Assembly: GCA_028717245.1 (NCBI GenBank) | Contig: JAQUOD010000001.1 | Coordinates: 85,514-149,513, forward strand | Reading direction: 5' to 3' | From: Candidatus Omnitrophota bacterium | GTDB lineage: Bacteria > Omnitrophota > Gorgyraeia > Gygaellales > Profunditerraquicolaceae | Length of the DNA stretch: 64,000 nt | Shown here: piece by piece, positions 41,677 to 51,073 of the stretch | Layout: the number at the start of each line of letters is the position of its first letter | Position numbering within the stretch: the stretch's first letter is position 1 | Notes under the pieces: model-generated | What the model was told of the DNA's origin: nothing | The model's database searches: none | What the model saw: the letters and a program-made list of their open reading frames with translations, nothing else | Position numbers and translations under genes: made by a program

Positions 41677-42018
41677 TATTTTTCTATAAAAGCACGATCT
41701 ATTTCCCGTATGGCAGGCAACGCCTGACTGGCGCACCTTAATCAGCAACGCATCCATATCGCAATCGTAAGCCACTGACTTGACAAGCTGGTAATTACCC
41801 GACGTTGCGCCTTTAATCCAGTAAACTTTGCGCGAGCGCGACCAGAAGCAGGTCTTGCCTGTTTTCAACGTCCTCTTTAGAGAAAATATATTCATATAAG
41901 CGAGCATGAGCACTTCACCGCTTCTATAGTCCTGTATTATCGCGGGGATTAACCCCTGTTTATCCAGCTTTAATTTTTTTAAACTAAATCCTTTTTTCAT
42001 TTTTATAGGCGCACGCAT
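41662..42018 (-). CDS. hisI: phosphoribosyl-AMP cyclohydrolase
   Basis: GLIPAIIQD...LMLAYMN...YWIKGATSG...[10 protein letters not shown]. Confidence 0.9.
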   Translation of the reverse strand: MRAPIKMKKGFSLKKLKLDKQGLIPAIIQDYRSGEVLMLAYMNIFSLKRTLKTGKTCFWSRSRKVYWIKGATSGNYQLVKSVAYDCDMDALLIKVRQSGVACHTGNRSCFYRKIDYKL

Positions 42019-42758
42019 ACCCCTTTTTCTTTCAGATATTCCTTTACCTGCCTGACGGTATATTCCTGGTAATGAAAGATGGAGGCTGCCAAGCTTGCAG
42101 AAGCCTCTGTTTTAGCCAGGACATCATAAAAATGCTCCGGTTTTCCTGCCCCACCGGAAGCTATCACCGGAATGTTCACCTTTTGCGCGACAGCCCTGGT
42201 TAAAGGTAAATCGTAACCGTCTTTGGTGCCGTCATAGTCCATACTTGTCAGGAGTATCTCACCTGCACCCAGTTCCTCTGCTTTTTTTGCCCACTCCAGG
42301 GCATCTAATTCCGCAGAGGTCCTGCCACCGTTAATATAAACCTGCCAGCTATTGTCCTGTTTCTTTGCGTCTATCGCTACCACGATACACTGACTGCCGA
42401 ATTTTCTGGAAGCATCGCTGATTAAATCCGGGCATTTTACCGCCGCGGTATTTATGGAAACTTTATCCGCGCCTGCATTTAAAAGGTCGCGGATATCTTC
42501 AATATCCCTGATTCCGCCGCCTACGGTAAAAGGCATAAATATATTCTCGGCGATCTTCTCGACCAAACCAATAAGCGTCTTCCTGTTCTCAAAACTGGCA
42601 GTAATATCTAAAAATACTAGCTCATCTGCCTGCTGCTGGTCGTAAATCTTAGCTACTTCAACAGGGTCGCCCGCGTCCTTTAAGGCCACAAACCTCATAC
42701 CTTTAACCACCCTGTTTTCTTTGATATCCAGGCAGGGGATAATACGTTTCGTTAACAT
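42003..42758 (-). CDS. hisF: imidazole glycerol phosphate synthase cyclase subunit
   Basis: [13 protein letters not shown]... Confidence 0.9.
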   Translation of the reverse strand: MLTKRIIPCLDIKENRVVKGMRFVALKDAGDPVEVAKIYDQQQADELVFLDITASFENRKTLIGLVEKIAENIFMPFTVGGGIRDIEDIRDLLNAGADKVSINTAAVKCPDLISDASRKFGSQCIVVAIDAKKQDNSWQVYINGGRTSAELDALEWAKKAEELGAGEILLTSMDYDGTKDGYDLPLTRAVAQKVNIPVIASGGAGKPEHFYDVLAKTEASASLAASIFHYQEYTVRQVKEYLKEKGVCVRL

Positions 42759-42765
42759 TTATTTT

Positions 42766-42818
42766 GCTTTAAGTTGTAAGCTATAAGCTGTAAGCTTAAA
42801 GCATAAAGCTTATAGCTA
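42766..42818 (-). repeat. tandem heptamer array GCTNTAA x7; overlaps lipoprotein stop codon, 8 nt upstream of hisF start
   Basis: gctttaa gttgtaa gctataa gctgtaa gcttaaa gcataaa gcttata gcta. Confidence 0.85.
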
Positions 42819-43268
42819 TTTAACTTTCTTATCCAAATACCCTTTCAGCAAGTCCCAGGTTTTATTACCCATTTTACCATCTGGACTGAGATTATTTGCT
42901 TTCTGAAAAGCCCTTATTGCTTCACGGGTCTGCTTACCCATACGGCCATCAACAGATCCGGGATTATAGCCGGCATTAGTTAAAGCAACCTGTATCTGTT
43001 TTATAGTTGGCCGTGATTTTGTTTCTTGGCTGACCTTCTTTTTACCTGTTGCTTTTACCAGGCTTTCTTTCTGCTCAACAGTACTAGTTAAGGTGTCCCT
43101 TAGGCCGCCGATCTCTTGGTCTTTGGCTTCAATTTCTGCCTGTAAAACCGAAATCTGATTTTTTAATCCCTGAATTTCCAAATCCTTATCTTTGCGGCCG
43201 GTAGCGCATCCACCCAGAGAAATTAGAAAAATAGAACAGACGAAAAAAATAACTACCCTTTTAAACAT
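42816..43268 (-). CDS. lipoprotein with coiled-coil and C-terminal peptidoglycan-binding (PG_binding_1-like) domain
   Basis: signal peptide + lipobox LGGC; ...GYNPGSVDGRMGKQTREAIRAFQKANNLSPDGKMGNKTWDLL. Confidence 0.7.
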   Translation of the reverse strand: MFKRVVIFFVCSIFLISLGGCATGRKDKDLEIQGLKNQISVLQAEIEAKDQEIGGLRDTLTSTVEQKESLVKATGKKKVSQETKSRPTIKQIQVALTNAGYNPGSVDGRMGKQTREAIRAFQKANNLSPDGKMGNKTWDLLKGYLDKKVK

Positions 43269-43290
43269 ACCTGCCTCCTTTTTTTACCTC

Positions 43291-44010
43291 TTATAATATT
43301 TTTATGGCCTCAGCTAAAGTAAATTTTCCTTCATATAAGGCCTTGCCTATAATTACACCTACTAATTCTTTTTTATCCAGCAGCCTAAGTTTAGATATAT
43401 CAGCCAGAGAAGAAATCCCGCCTGAAGCAATCACCCCTAAGCCTGTTTCCTTAATTATACTCTTTATGCCTTTTATATTAGGTCCCTTTAAAGTCCCGTC
43501 CTTGAGGATATCAGTATAAATTACCTGCTTAAACCCTATTTGTTTTAAGCGGCATGCCAACTTTAAGATATCTACGCTTGCGGAATTACTCTGCCAACCC
43601 TTGGCTAAGACACGGTTAGCCTTAGCATCAAGGCTAACGATAATCTTATCTTTAAATTTCTTAAAGGATTTTTCCAGAAAACCCTTATCTTCTACTGCCT
43701 TAGTGCCCAAAATTATACGCCAGATACCGCAATCAAGCAATGTTTTTATTATTATTTCATTTCTTACGCCGCCGCCGAATTGAACGGGTACGTCTATCTC
43801 TTTTACTATCTTTTTTACTATATCCAGGTTTTTCGGCTTACCGCTTATCGCGCCGTCTAAGTCTACTATATGGATTAACCTTGCTCCCTGTTTCTGCCAG
43901 TGCCGGGCAGTCTTTAGGGGGTCGCGGGAATAAACCTTTTTGTCAAATCTTCCCTGCGTGTATCTGACTACACACCCATCTTTTAAATCTATAGCGGGAA
44001 TGATTAGCAT
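43291..44010 (-). CDS. hisA: ProFAR isomerase
   Basis: MLIIPAIDLKDGCVVR... Confidence 0.9.
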   Translation of the reverse strand: MLIIPAIDLKDGCVVRYTQGRFDKKVYSRDPLKTARHWQKQGARLIHIVDLDGAISGKPKNLDIVKKIVKEIDVPVQFGGGVRNEIIIKTLLDCGIWRIILGTKAVEDKGFLEKSFKKFKDKIIVSLDAKANRVLAKGWQSNSASVDILKLACRLKQIGFKQVIYTDILKDGTLKGPNIKGIKSIIKETGLGVIASGGISSLADISKLRLLDKKELVGVIIGKALYEGKFTLAEAIKIL

Positions 44011-44639
44011 AATTCTACAAAATTTTTCAGTATTTTTAAACCGGTTTCCTGGCTTTTCTCAGGATGAAACTGCACGCCGTATATATTCTCCCGCCAAAGA
44101 ACCGGGCTAAAGCTAATCCCGTATTCAGTAGTAGCAGCGATGATATCTTTATCCTTGGGTTGCGGATAATAGGAATGGCAGAAATATACGTAAGCATTAT
44201 CCGGTATATCTTTTAACAGGGGGCATTCCTTTGACACCTTGACACCCTGACACCTTGATACTATTTTCAACTGGTTCCAGCCCATATGCGGGACCTTCAA
44301 ATTGCCTTTAATTTTAAATTTCTTTACCTCGCCTTTTAATATCCCTAATCCTTTTATCCCTTTTGCTTCATCGCTTCTCTCAAAGAGAAGCTGCATCCCT
44401 AAACAGATACCCAGAAATATCTTTTTTGCCTTAATATGCTCCTTTAGCGCCGTCAACAGATCCTGTTTCTTTAATTCTGCTACAGCATCGGCGAATGCCC
44501 CTACCCCCGGCAATACTACCTTATCACAAACCTTGATATCTGCGGGCTTGTTGGTAACTATTGTCTTTGCGCCCATAGACTCTAAGGCCTTTTGCACGCT
44601 ATGAATATTTCCCATGCCGTAGTCAATTATGGCAATCAT
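44004..44639 (-). CDS. hisH: imidazole glycerol phosphate synthase glutaminase subunit
   Basis: MIAIIDYGMGNIHSV..., GICLGMQ, HSY. Confidence 0.9.
   Translation of the reverse strand: MIAIIDYGMGNIHSVQKALESMGAKTIVTNKPADIKVCDKVVLPGVGAFADAVAELKKQDLLTALKEHIKAKKIFLGICLGMQLLFERSDEAKGIKGLGILKGEVKKFKIKGNLKVPHMGWNQLKIVSRCQGVKVSKECPLLKDIPDNAYVYFCHSYYPQPKDKDIIAATTEYGISFSPVLWRENIYGVQFHPEKSQETGLKILKNFVELC
44229..44262 (-). repeat. in-frame octamer tract TTGACACC x3 inside hisH (encodes SRCQGVKVSKE; about 9-aa insertion relative to HisH homologs)
   Basis: ctttgacaccttgacaccctgacaccttgatactatttt. Confidence 0.8.
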
Positions 44640-45242
44640 CTAGTCAATTACGCCTTTCGTTGAGGGGATACCTTTTCTGCGGGGATCAATTTGAGTAGCT
44701 TCATCTAACGCCTTGCCTAAGGCCTTAAAGACGGGTTCAATAGTAGCATGCAAATCGTCATTGGGATTTTCAACCGATATATTCAGGTTCATTCCTAGTT
44801 GTTTAGCAAAAGCATCTAGGAAATGCTCTGCGCAATTAAGCTCGTAGCCATCTTTGTCAGCAACTGTTGTTGGAGCTATGTTAAATCTTGACGACCCCCT
44901 CCCGCTTATATCAACTGACACACTTGCAGTCACATCTTCCATCGGGACAGATGCAGAACCAAGCCTTTTAATTCCTTCCTTATCCCCCAAGGCTTCTTTG
45001 AACGTTTGTCCCAAAAGAATCCCCGTATCCTCATTTGTATGGTGTATATCGATTTTAAAATCGCCTTTGTTAACCTTTATTTTTAAATCAAAATGCCCCC
45101 AAAAAGCAAATAATTCAAGCATATGATCCAAAAAACCTATGCCCGTATCTATTTCGTATTCCCCGGCACCATCGATATTTAATTCGACGATTATGTCAGT
45201 CTCTTTAGTTTTTCTTTCTTTCTTTGCTATTCTTTCTTTCAT
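44640..45242 (-). CDS. hisB: imidazoleglycerol-phosphate dehydratase
   Basis: 200 aa IGPD. Confidence 0.9.
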   Translation of the reverse strand: MKERIAKKERKTKETDIIVELNIDGAGEYEIDTGIGFLDHMLELFAFWGHFDLKIKVNKGDFKIDIHHTNEDTGILLGQTFKEALGDKEGIKRLGSASVPMEDVTASVSVDISGRGSSRFNIAPTTVADKDGYELNCAEHFLDAFAKQLGMNLNISVENPNDDLHATIEPVFKALGKALDEATQIDPRRKGIPSTKGVID

Positions 45243-45258
45243 ATGCGCTCGCTTTTTA

Positions 45259-46482
45259 TCAAAACCTTATCTTCACCGAATCCAAATGTTTATCCAAGCC
45301 TTCAATACCGGCCATCTTTTCCAGGGGCTCTTTAATTTTCTCGAGGGCCTTACGCGAGTAACCGATGATGTGGCTGCTCTTCATAAAATCCAGCACCGAG
45401 AGCCCGGAAAAGAACCTGGCAGTGCCGCCTGTAGGTAAAACGTGGCTCGGGCCTGCTACATAGTCGCCTACTGCAGTCGGGCTATGCGGGCCTAAAAATA
45501 TAGCCCCGGCATTCCTGATTCCTTTTAATAATCTTTGTGGATTCTTGACCAGAATCTCCAGGTGTTCGGGTGCAATCTTGTTGGCAATATCAACTGCCTG
45601 TTCCAGGTTTTTTGTCAGAATAATAAAACCCGGGTTATCCGCGCATTGAGATTTTATTTCTCTCGCCAGGCTCTTAGAATTGGTAATCAATACCGCTAAA
45701 CCTCCGGCGTGTTCAGTCTGTGCCCTAAGGTCAGCGACAATAAATTTAGGGTCGCTGAAACGGTTGGCAATAATCACCAGCTCCGTAGGCCCGGCGATCA
45801 TATCAATATCCACTGACCCGAATACCTGCCTTTTCGCTTCGCTTACATAAATATTGCCTGGCCCGACTATTTTGTCTACCCGCGGAATAGTCTTTGTCCC
45901 ATACGCTAAAGCAGCAATGCCTTGCGCGCCTCCTACGCGATAAATTTCATCTACCTTAAGCAGGTCTGCTACTACAAGTATGTGGGGATTTATAAGCCCT
46001 TGTTTATCCGGGGGGCTAGCCAGGGTTATCTTCTTTACCCCGGCCATTTTTGCGGGAAGCACTGTCATATAAACAGTAGAAACCAGTGGCGCTGTGCCCG
46101 CGGGGATATATATGCCTACCCTGTCTAAAGCAGTATAATTCTCGCCTAAAATAGCGCCATCCCCGGCTTTCATCCTCCAGGATTTCTTTATGGTCCTGCG
46201 GTAAAAACGGTTGATATTTTCAATGATAACCTTGAGGCTGGAAACAAAATTAGGGCTGATATTCTGATATGCGCCGCTGATTTCAATTTCAGAAACTTTT
46301 AGCTGTCTGGGTAGCATTTTAACGCCGTCAAATTTACGCGTATACTTTAAGAGCGCTTCATCACCGAGAAGGCGCACATCATCAATAATCTGCCTGACTT
46401 TTTCTTCAACTCGCCTGGATTTAATAAACCCGCGGTTATAAATCTTCTCTAACTTTTTGCTGCTAAAGCGTATGATTTTCAT
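45259..46482 (-). CDS. hisD: histidinol dehydrogenase
   Basis: 407 aa. Confidence 0.9.
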   Translation of the reverse strand: MKIIRFSSKKLEKIYNRGFIKSRRVEEKVRQIIDDVRLLGDEALLKYTRKFDGVKMLPRQLKVSEIEISGAYQNISPNFVSSLKVIIENINRFYRRTIKKSWRMKAGDGAILGENYTALDRVGIYIPAGTAPLVSTVYMTVLPAKMAGVKKITLASPPDKQGLINPHILVVADLLKVDEIYRVGGAQGIAALAYGTKTIPRVDKIVGPGNIYVSEAKRQVFGSVDIDMIAGPTELVIIANRFSDPKFIVADLRAQTEHAGGLAVLITNSKSLAREIKSQCADNPGFIILTKNLEQAVDIANKIAPEHLEILVKNPQRLLKGIRNAGAIFLGPHSPTAVGDYVAGPSHVLPTGGTARFFSGLSVLDFMKSSHIIGYSRKALEKIKEPLEKMAGIEGLDKHLDSVKIRF

Positions 46483-49097
46483 TTTAGTTCCCTGATAATC
46501 TCTTTAAGTTTCTTGAATGCCTGCGGAAAATTCTCCGGTTTATTTCCCCCTGCCTGGGCAAAATCCTTCCTGCCTCCGCCGCTACCGCCGATTTCCGGGG
46601 CGATTGCTTTTATTATCTTAGCGCTATCAATATCTAAAATTTGCGTATTTAAATTTGTACCCGTAACCAACAGGGCCCCTCCAACGGAAGTAGTTGTCCC
46701 TAAGGCAACGATAACGCTTTTTTCCTTCGCTTTGATTAAATCCACGGCCTTTCTTAAGGCGTCCATATCCTGGCCTTCAATAAAACGGGCGATAACATTA
46801 ATACCGTTAATAATTTCTCCCTCTTTAATATAATTATCTATTGAGGCTCTAAGCATATCCGTCTTGCGGTAACTTAGCTTTTTTTCCAGTTCTTTTATCT
46901 GAAATAGCTTCTTCTCTAATTCCTGGGTTATCTTTTGGCTAGGGACATTTAAAAGAGAAGAAATATCAGCCAGGATATTCTCTTCTTCCTTAAGCGCCTT
47001 ATAGGCACAATCTCCTGTAAGCGCTTCTATCCTTCTTATCCCGCTGGCTATCGACCCCTCGTTAACTATCTTAAAGAGCCCGATTTGGCCGGTGCATTCA
47101 AGGTGTGTTCCGCCGCAGAGTTCTTTAGAGAAATCTCCGATTGCTACCATACGCACCTTTTCTGCGTATTTCTCCGTAAAGAATGCCAATGCCCCTTGTC
47201 TTTTAGCCTCTGCGAGGGTCAGCGTCTTTGCCTTCAAGCACGTATTATTTACTATGTAGTTATTGACTAATCCTTCTATTCTATCCAACTGTTCCCTAGT
47301 CACATCCTTAAAATGCGTAAAGTCAAAACGTAATCTATCTTCGGCTACTAATGAACCTTGCTGTTGCACATGCGCTCCCAAAATTACGCGTAATGCTGCC
47401 TGCAATAGGTGTGTGGCAGTATGATTTCTGGCTATGGATAGCCTGCGTTTAATATCCACACAGGACATTAACTCATCTGTGGTTCTAAAACTTCCGGTTT
47501 TTACCCTTCCTTTATGCACAATAACATTATCAAATTTACGGGTACCGGTTATCTGAAAGACATTCTTCCCTTTTATCAATTCACCCGTATCGCCTACCTG
47601 GCCGCCGGATTCAGGGTAAAGAACGGTTTTATCTAAAATTATCCGGGCCTCTTCGCCCGCGCTTATTTTTTTTACCGGAGTATTATCTTTAATAATCTTG
47701 ATAACCTTTGCCTTTGTCTCGTATTTGGAGTAACCCAGAAAACTAGTCTTAGCGCCTGCTAAATGCAATTCTTTAATATCAAAGACATCGCCTTTCATCC
47801 GACTCTGTAATTTAGAACGGTTTTTCTGCTCTCCTAATTCCTTATCAAATGCCTCCTGCGAGAAATTTATGCCGGCTTTCTCCAGCCAACCCCTGGTTAA
47901 CTCTAAAGGTATCCCGTAGGTATCGTACAACTGAAAGGCAAGCCTGCCGGCCCTTTGCGCGTCCTGCTTATTACTAAAACCCTTAAATTTTTCTTCAAAC
48001 AAAACGCTGCTAGAATCTAAAGTAGAAATAAAATTATTCTCTTCAGCCAGAATAATCTGGGAGATATTTTCTTTACGTTTATCCAACTCTGGATATGGCA
48101 ACTTCATAATATCGGATAAAAGAGGGGTTAATTTATAAAGAAAAGGTTTAGCTATCCCTAACGCCCTTAAATGCAGCATGCTTTTACGGATTATTTTTCT
48201 TACTACATACCCGCGGCCTTCATTAGAAGGCAATACGCCATCATAAATAGCAAAAACAATGGCACGTATATGGTCACTAACAGCATAAATAAATTCCTTA
48301 TCTGACACTTTGACACTTTGACACTTTGACACTATCTCTTTCACTATGGGTTGGAATAAATCCGTTTCAAAATTATTCGGCACCCCCTGCATAACCGCTG
48401 CCAATCTTTCCAGCCCCATACCCGTGTCAATATTCTTTTTGGGTAAAGGTTCTAATTTTCCGTCTGCTTTGCGGTTAAATTGTGTAAACACTAAATTCCA
48501 TATTTCCGGGAACCTGCCGCAACTGCAAGCCGGGCCGCAGCCAGGCTTCCCGCAACCTGCGCCCTGGTCAAAGAATATCTCAGAACATGGCCCGCATGGC
48601 CCATTTGGGCCGTTAGCTTTGGCTTCTGATGGCCAGAAATTTTCTTTATCGCCTAATTTTACGATTTTATTTACCGGAACCTTTATTTTATCTTTCCATA
48701 TGTTATACGATTCATCATCGTCTTTATATACAGAAACCCAGAGTTTATCTTCTTTAATCTTAAGCTCTTCGGTCAGGAACTCCCACGCCCAGGTAATTGC
48801 CTCTTCCTTAAAATAGTCCCCGAAAGAAAAATTTCCCAGCATCTCAAAAAAGGTATGGTGAGACGGGGTCTTGCCTACCTTATCTAAATCATCGGTGCGC
48901 AGGCAGCGCTGGCTGCTGGCAGCGCGGCTAAAACCGGTTAAATGCCCCAGGAATTGCCTCTTGAATTGGTTCATTCCGGCAGGAGTAAATAATACGGTAG
49001 GGTCGTCCTTGGGGATAAGCGAATCGCTTTCTACGATTTTATGCTTTTTAGCTTTAAAAAAGATGGGGAATTTTTCTCTTAATAAATCCGCTTTCAT
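46479..49097 (-). CDS. alaS: alanine--tRNA ligase
   Basis: start MKADLLREKF at 49097 overlapping recX stop (ATGA..TAA); ORF-track start 49154 is an extension. Confidence 0.9.
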   Translation of the reverse strand: MKADLLREKFPIFFKAKKHKIVESDSLIPKDDPTVLFTPAGMNQFKRQFLGHLTGFSRAASSQRCLRTDDLDKVGKTPSHHTFFEMLGNFSFGDYFKEEAITWAWEFLTEELKIKEDKLWVSVYKDDDESYNIWKDKIKVPVNKIVKLGDKENFWPSEAKANGPNGPCGPCSEIFFDQGAGCGKPGCGPACSCGRFPEIWNLVFTQFNRKADGKLEPLPKKNIDTGMGLERLAAVMQGVPNNFETDLFQPIVKEIVSKCQSVKVSDKEFIYAVSDHIRAIVFAIYDGVLPSNEGRGYVVRKIIRKSMLHLRALGIAKPFLYKLTPLLSDIMKLPYPELDKRKENISQIILAEENNFISTLDSSSVLFEEKFKGFSNKQDAQRAGRLAFQLYDTYGIPLELTRGWLEKAGINFSQEAFDKELGEQKNRSKLQSRMKGDVFDIKELHLAGAKTSFLGYSKYETKAKVIKIIKDNTPVKKISAGEEARIILDKTVLYPESGGQVGDTGELIKGKNVFQITGTRKFDNVIVHKGRVKTGSFRTTDELMSCVDIKRRLSIARNHTATHLLQAALRVILGAHVQQQGSLVAEDRLRFDFTHFKDVTREQLDRIEGLVNNYIVNNTCLKAKTLTLAEAKRQGALAFFTEKYAEKVRMVAIGDFSKELCGGTHLECTGQIGLFKIVNEGSIASGIRRIEALTGDCAYKALKEEENILADISSLLNVPSQKITQELEKKLFQIKELEKKLSYRKTDMLRASIDNYIKEGEIINGINVIARFIEGQDMDALRKAVDLIKAKEKSVIVALGTTTSVGGALLVTGTNLNTQILDIDSAKIIKAIAPEIGGSGGGRKDFAQAGGNKPENFPQAFKKLKEIIRELK
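48302..48333 (-). repeat. in-frame octamer tract TTGACACT x4 inside alaS (encodes SKCQSVKVSDKE)
   Basis: ctgacactttgacactttgacactttgacact. Confidence 0.8.
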
Positions 49098-49558
49098 TAT
49101 TGATTCAATGCCTCTAAAATTATACCGGGAGAAAAACCGCGGCGTAAAAGGCATGCATAGATACGCCTTTTTATTTTTTGGGGATCGCTGCCTTTTGCTT
49201 TATTGAGTTTATCTTGGATAATCCGCGTAACTATCTCCTTTTCAGGATAGTTTTTTTTGATTTCGTTTATCTGGTTCTCAATGATTTCTTTATCAACGCC
49301 TTTTACCTGTAATTCCTGCCTTAGCCTCCTTATCCCTAACGGCCTTTTTATGCGCGATTCAATCCAGGCCCTGGCAAAATGATTATCGTCAATAAAGGCC
49401 TTGTCTTTTAAAAAAGAAAGGGTTTCTTCTATAATCCCGGGGGTGAATTTTTTCTTTTTCAGCCGTTGGCGAATCTCCTGCTCGCTACGCGGCCTGAATT
49501 TAAGCAGCAAAAAGGCGTAATTTTTTGCCTTTTCCAATAAACCTTTATCCTTATCCAC
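49097..49558 (-). CDS. recX: recombination regulator RecX
   Basis: 153 aa. Confidence 0.8.
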   Translation of the reverse strand: MDKDKGLLEKAKNYAFLLLKFRPRSEQEIRQRLKKKKFTPGIIEETLSFLKDKAFIDDNHFARAWIESRIKRPLGIRRLRQELQVKGVDKEIIENQINEIKKNYPEKEIVTRIIQDKLNKAKGSDPQKIKRRIYACLLRRGFSPGIILEALNQ

Positions 49559-51053
49559 CCGCTTTTATCAGAAAGAATCCCCTGTCGGTTTTTACCAGGC
49601 AATCGCCTTTTAAGCCTTTGGTTAGCTTCTGGTAATCCGCAAGGTTATTGACTTCTTGTCTATTCAGCTCTAAAATTACATCCCCGGGAATTATACCTGC
49701 TTCATCTACCGGGCTGTTTGATTCCACATCTATCACTACTACGCCTCTCTTCTCCTCAATCCCAAAGCGCTTGATGTTTTCCGGGTTTAAATCTTCTACG
49801 GCTAAGCCGCGCCATTTATCCTGCGCTTTTTCAACGGCGGCCTCTTCCTTTTCCTCTAAGTCCTGGGGCCTTTCGCCTATGACTACCTCTAAAGATACGG
49901 GATGCTTATCCCGGATAACGTTTAATTTTACCTTCTGGCCGACTTCTTCTTTTCCGACGATACTCAACAACTCCCTTACGTTATTAACCCGCTTATTATC
50001 GAATTCTTTGATAATATCGCCTTCTTTTATGCCGCCTTTCTCTGCCGGGCTATTCTCCAGGGTCTTGGCTACTAAAACACCGTTTTTATCGGCTAACCCG
50101 AAATGTTTAGCCAGGTCTTCGGTTAAATCCTGCACAGTTACGCCTAACCAGCCATACATTATCTTTTTACCTTCAATCAGCCGCGAAATGATTCTTTTAG
50201 CGCTATTAATGGGTATGGCAAAACCTATGCCCTGATAACCGCCGCTTGTAGAGAATATAGCCACATTAATGCCCACTATTTCGCCTTTAAGATTGACTAA
50301 GGGCCCTCCTGAATTACCGGGATTTATGGCAGTGTCGGTCTGGATCAGGTCATTATAATCCCGCTCGCGGGAAACAGTCCTGCCTAAGGAGCGGTGCAGT
50401 GCGCTGATGACTCCTACGGTTACCGTAGGCTCGGAATTCTGCATGGCAAAGCCAAAAGGGTTACCGATAGCCACTACCCACTGCCCGATTTTTAAATTAT
50501 CCGAATCCCCTAAAGATGCTATGGGTAAATTACGCGCGTTTATTTTGATGACGGCTAAATCCGAACGCAAATCCTTGCCCTTTAATTCGCCCTTAAACTC
50601 TCTCCCGTCGGGTAAAATCACGTTTATTTTATCGGCATCATTAACCACATGCTCATTAGTCAGAATGTAGCCTTCGGCATCAATGATTACGCCGGAACCC
50701 AGGCCCATTTGTTTATATTCTTTCTGCGGCATCTCGCCAAAAAATTCATCAAAGAACCGGCGGAAAAACTCGTCTTCCCCAAAAGGCGCTTCTTGTCCAA
50801 AGGGAGAATTAAAATAAAACCTCTTGCCTCCCCCGATCTTTGCCGTATGCTCTGTGCTGATAGATACTACTGCCTTACCGGCAATATTCGCCACATTAAC
50901 TACCGCATCTTCCATCCCGGAACCTTCAAGAGAAGGGTTTTTTGCTTCCTGGCTCTCTGCGGGCGAAAAAAGATTCAACTTAGCGGTAGAAATGACCCCC
51001 ATAGTTAAGCCCAGTAATAAAGTTATCGCGAAGAATATTATTTTTTTCTTCAT
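49551..51053 (-). CDS. degP: HtrA/DegP-family periplasmic serine protease with two PDZ domains
   Basis: signal peptide; GNSGGPLVNLKGEIVGINVAIFS. Confidence 0.85.
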   Translation of the reverse strand: MKKKIIFFAITLLLGLTMGVISTAKLNLFSPAESQEAKNPSLEGSGMEDAVVNVANIAGKAVVSISTEHTAKIGGGKRFYFNSPFGQEAPFGEDEFFRRFFDEFFGEMPQKEYKQMGLGSGVIIDAEGYILTNEHVVNDADKINVILPDGREFKGELKGKDLRSDLAVIKINARNLPIASLGDSDNLKIGQWVVAIGNPFGFAMQNSEPTVTVGVISALHRSLGRTVSRERDYNDLIQTDTAINPGNSGGPLVNLKGEIVGINVAIFSTSGGYQGIGFAIPINSAKRIISRLIEGKKIMYGWLGVTVQDLTEDLAKHFGLADKNGVLVAKTLENSPAEKGGIKEGDIIKEFDNKRVNNVRELLSIVGKEEVGQKVKLNVIRDKHPVSLEVVIGERPQDLEEKEEAAVEKAQDKWRGLAVEDLNPENIKRFGIEEKRGVVVIDVESNSPVDEAGIIPGDVILELNRQEVNNLADYQKLTKGLKGDCLVKTDRGFFLIKAGG

Positions 51054-51073
51054 CCCACGCCCCTTTTTTAAGT

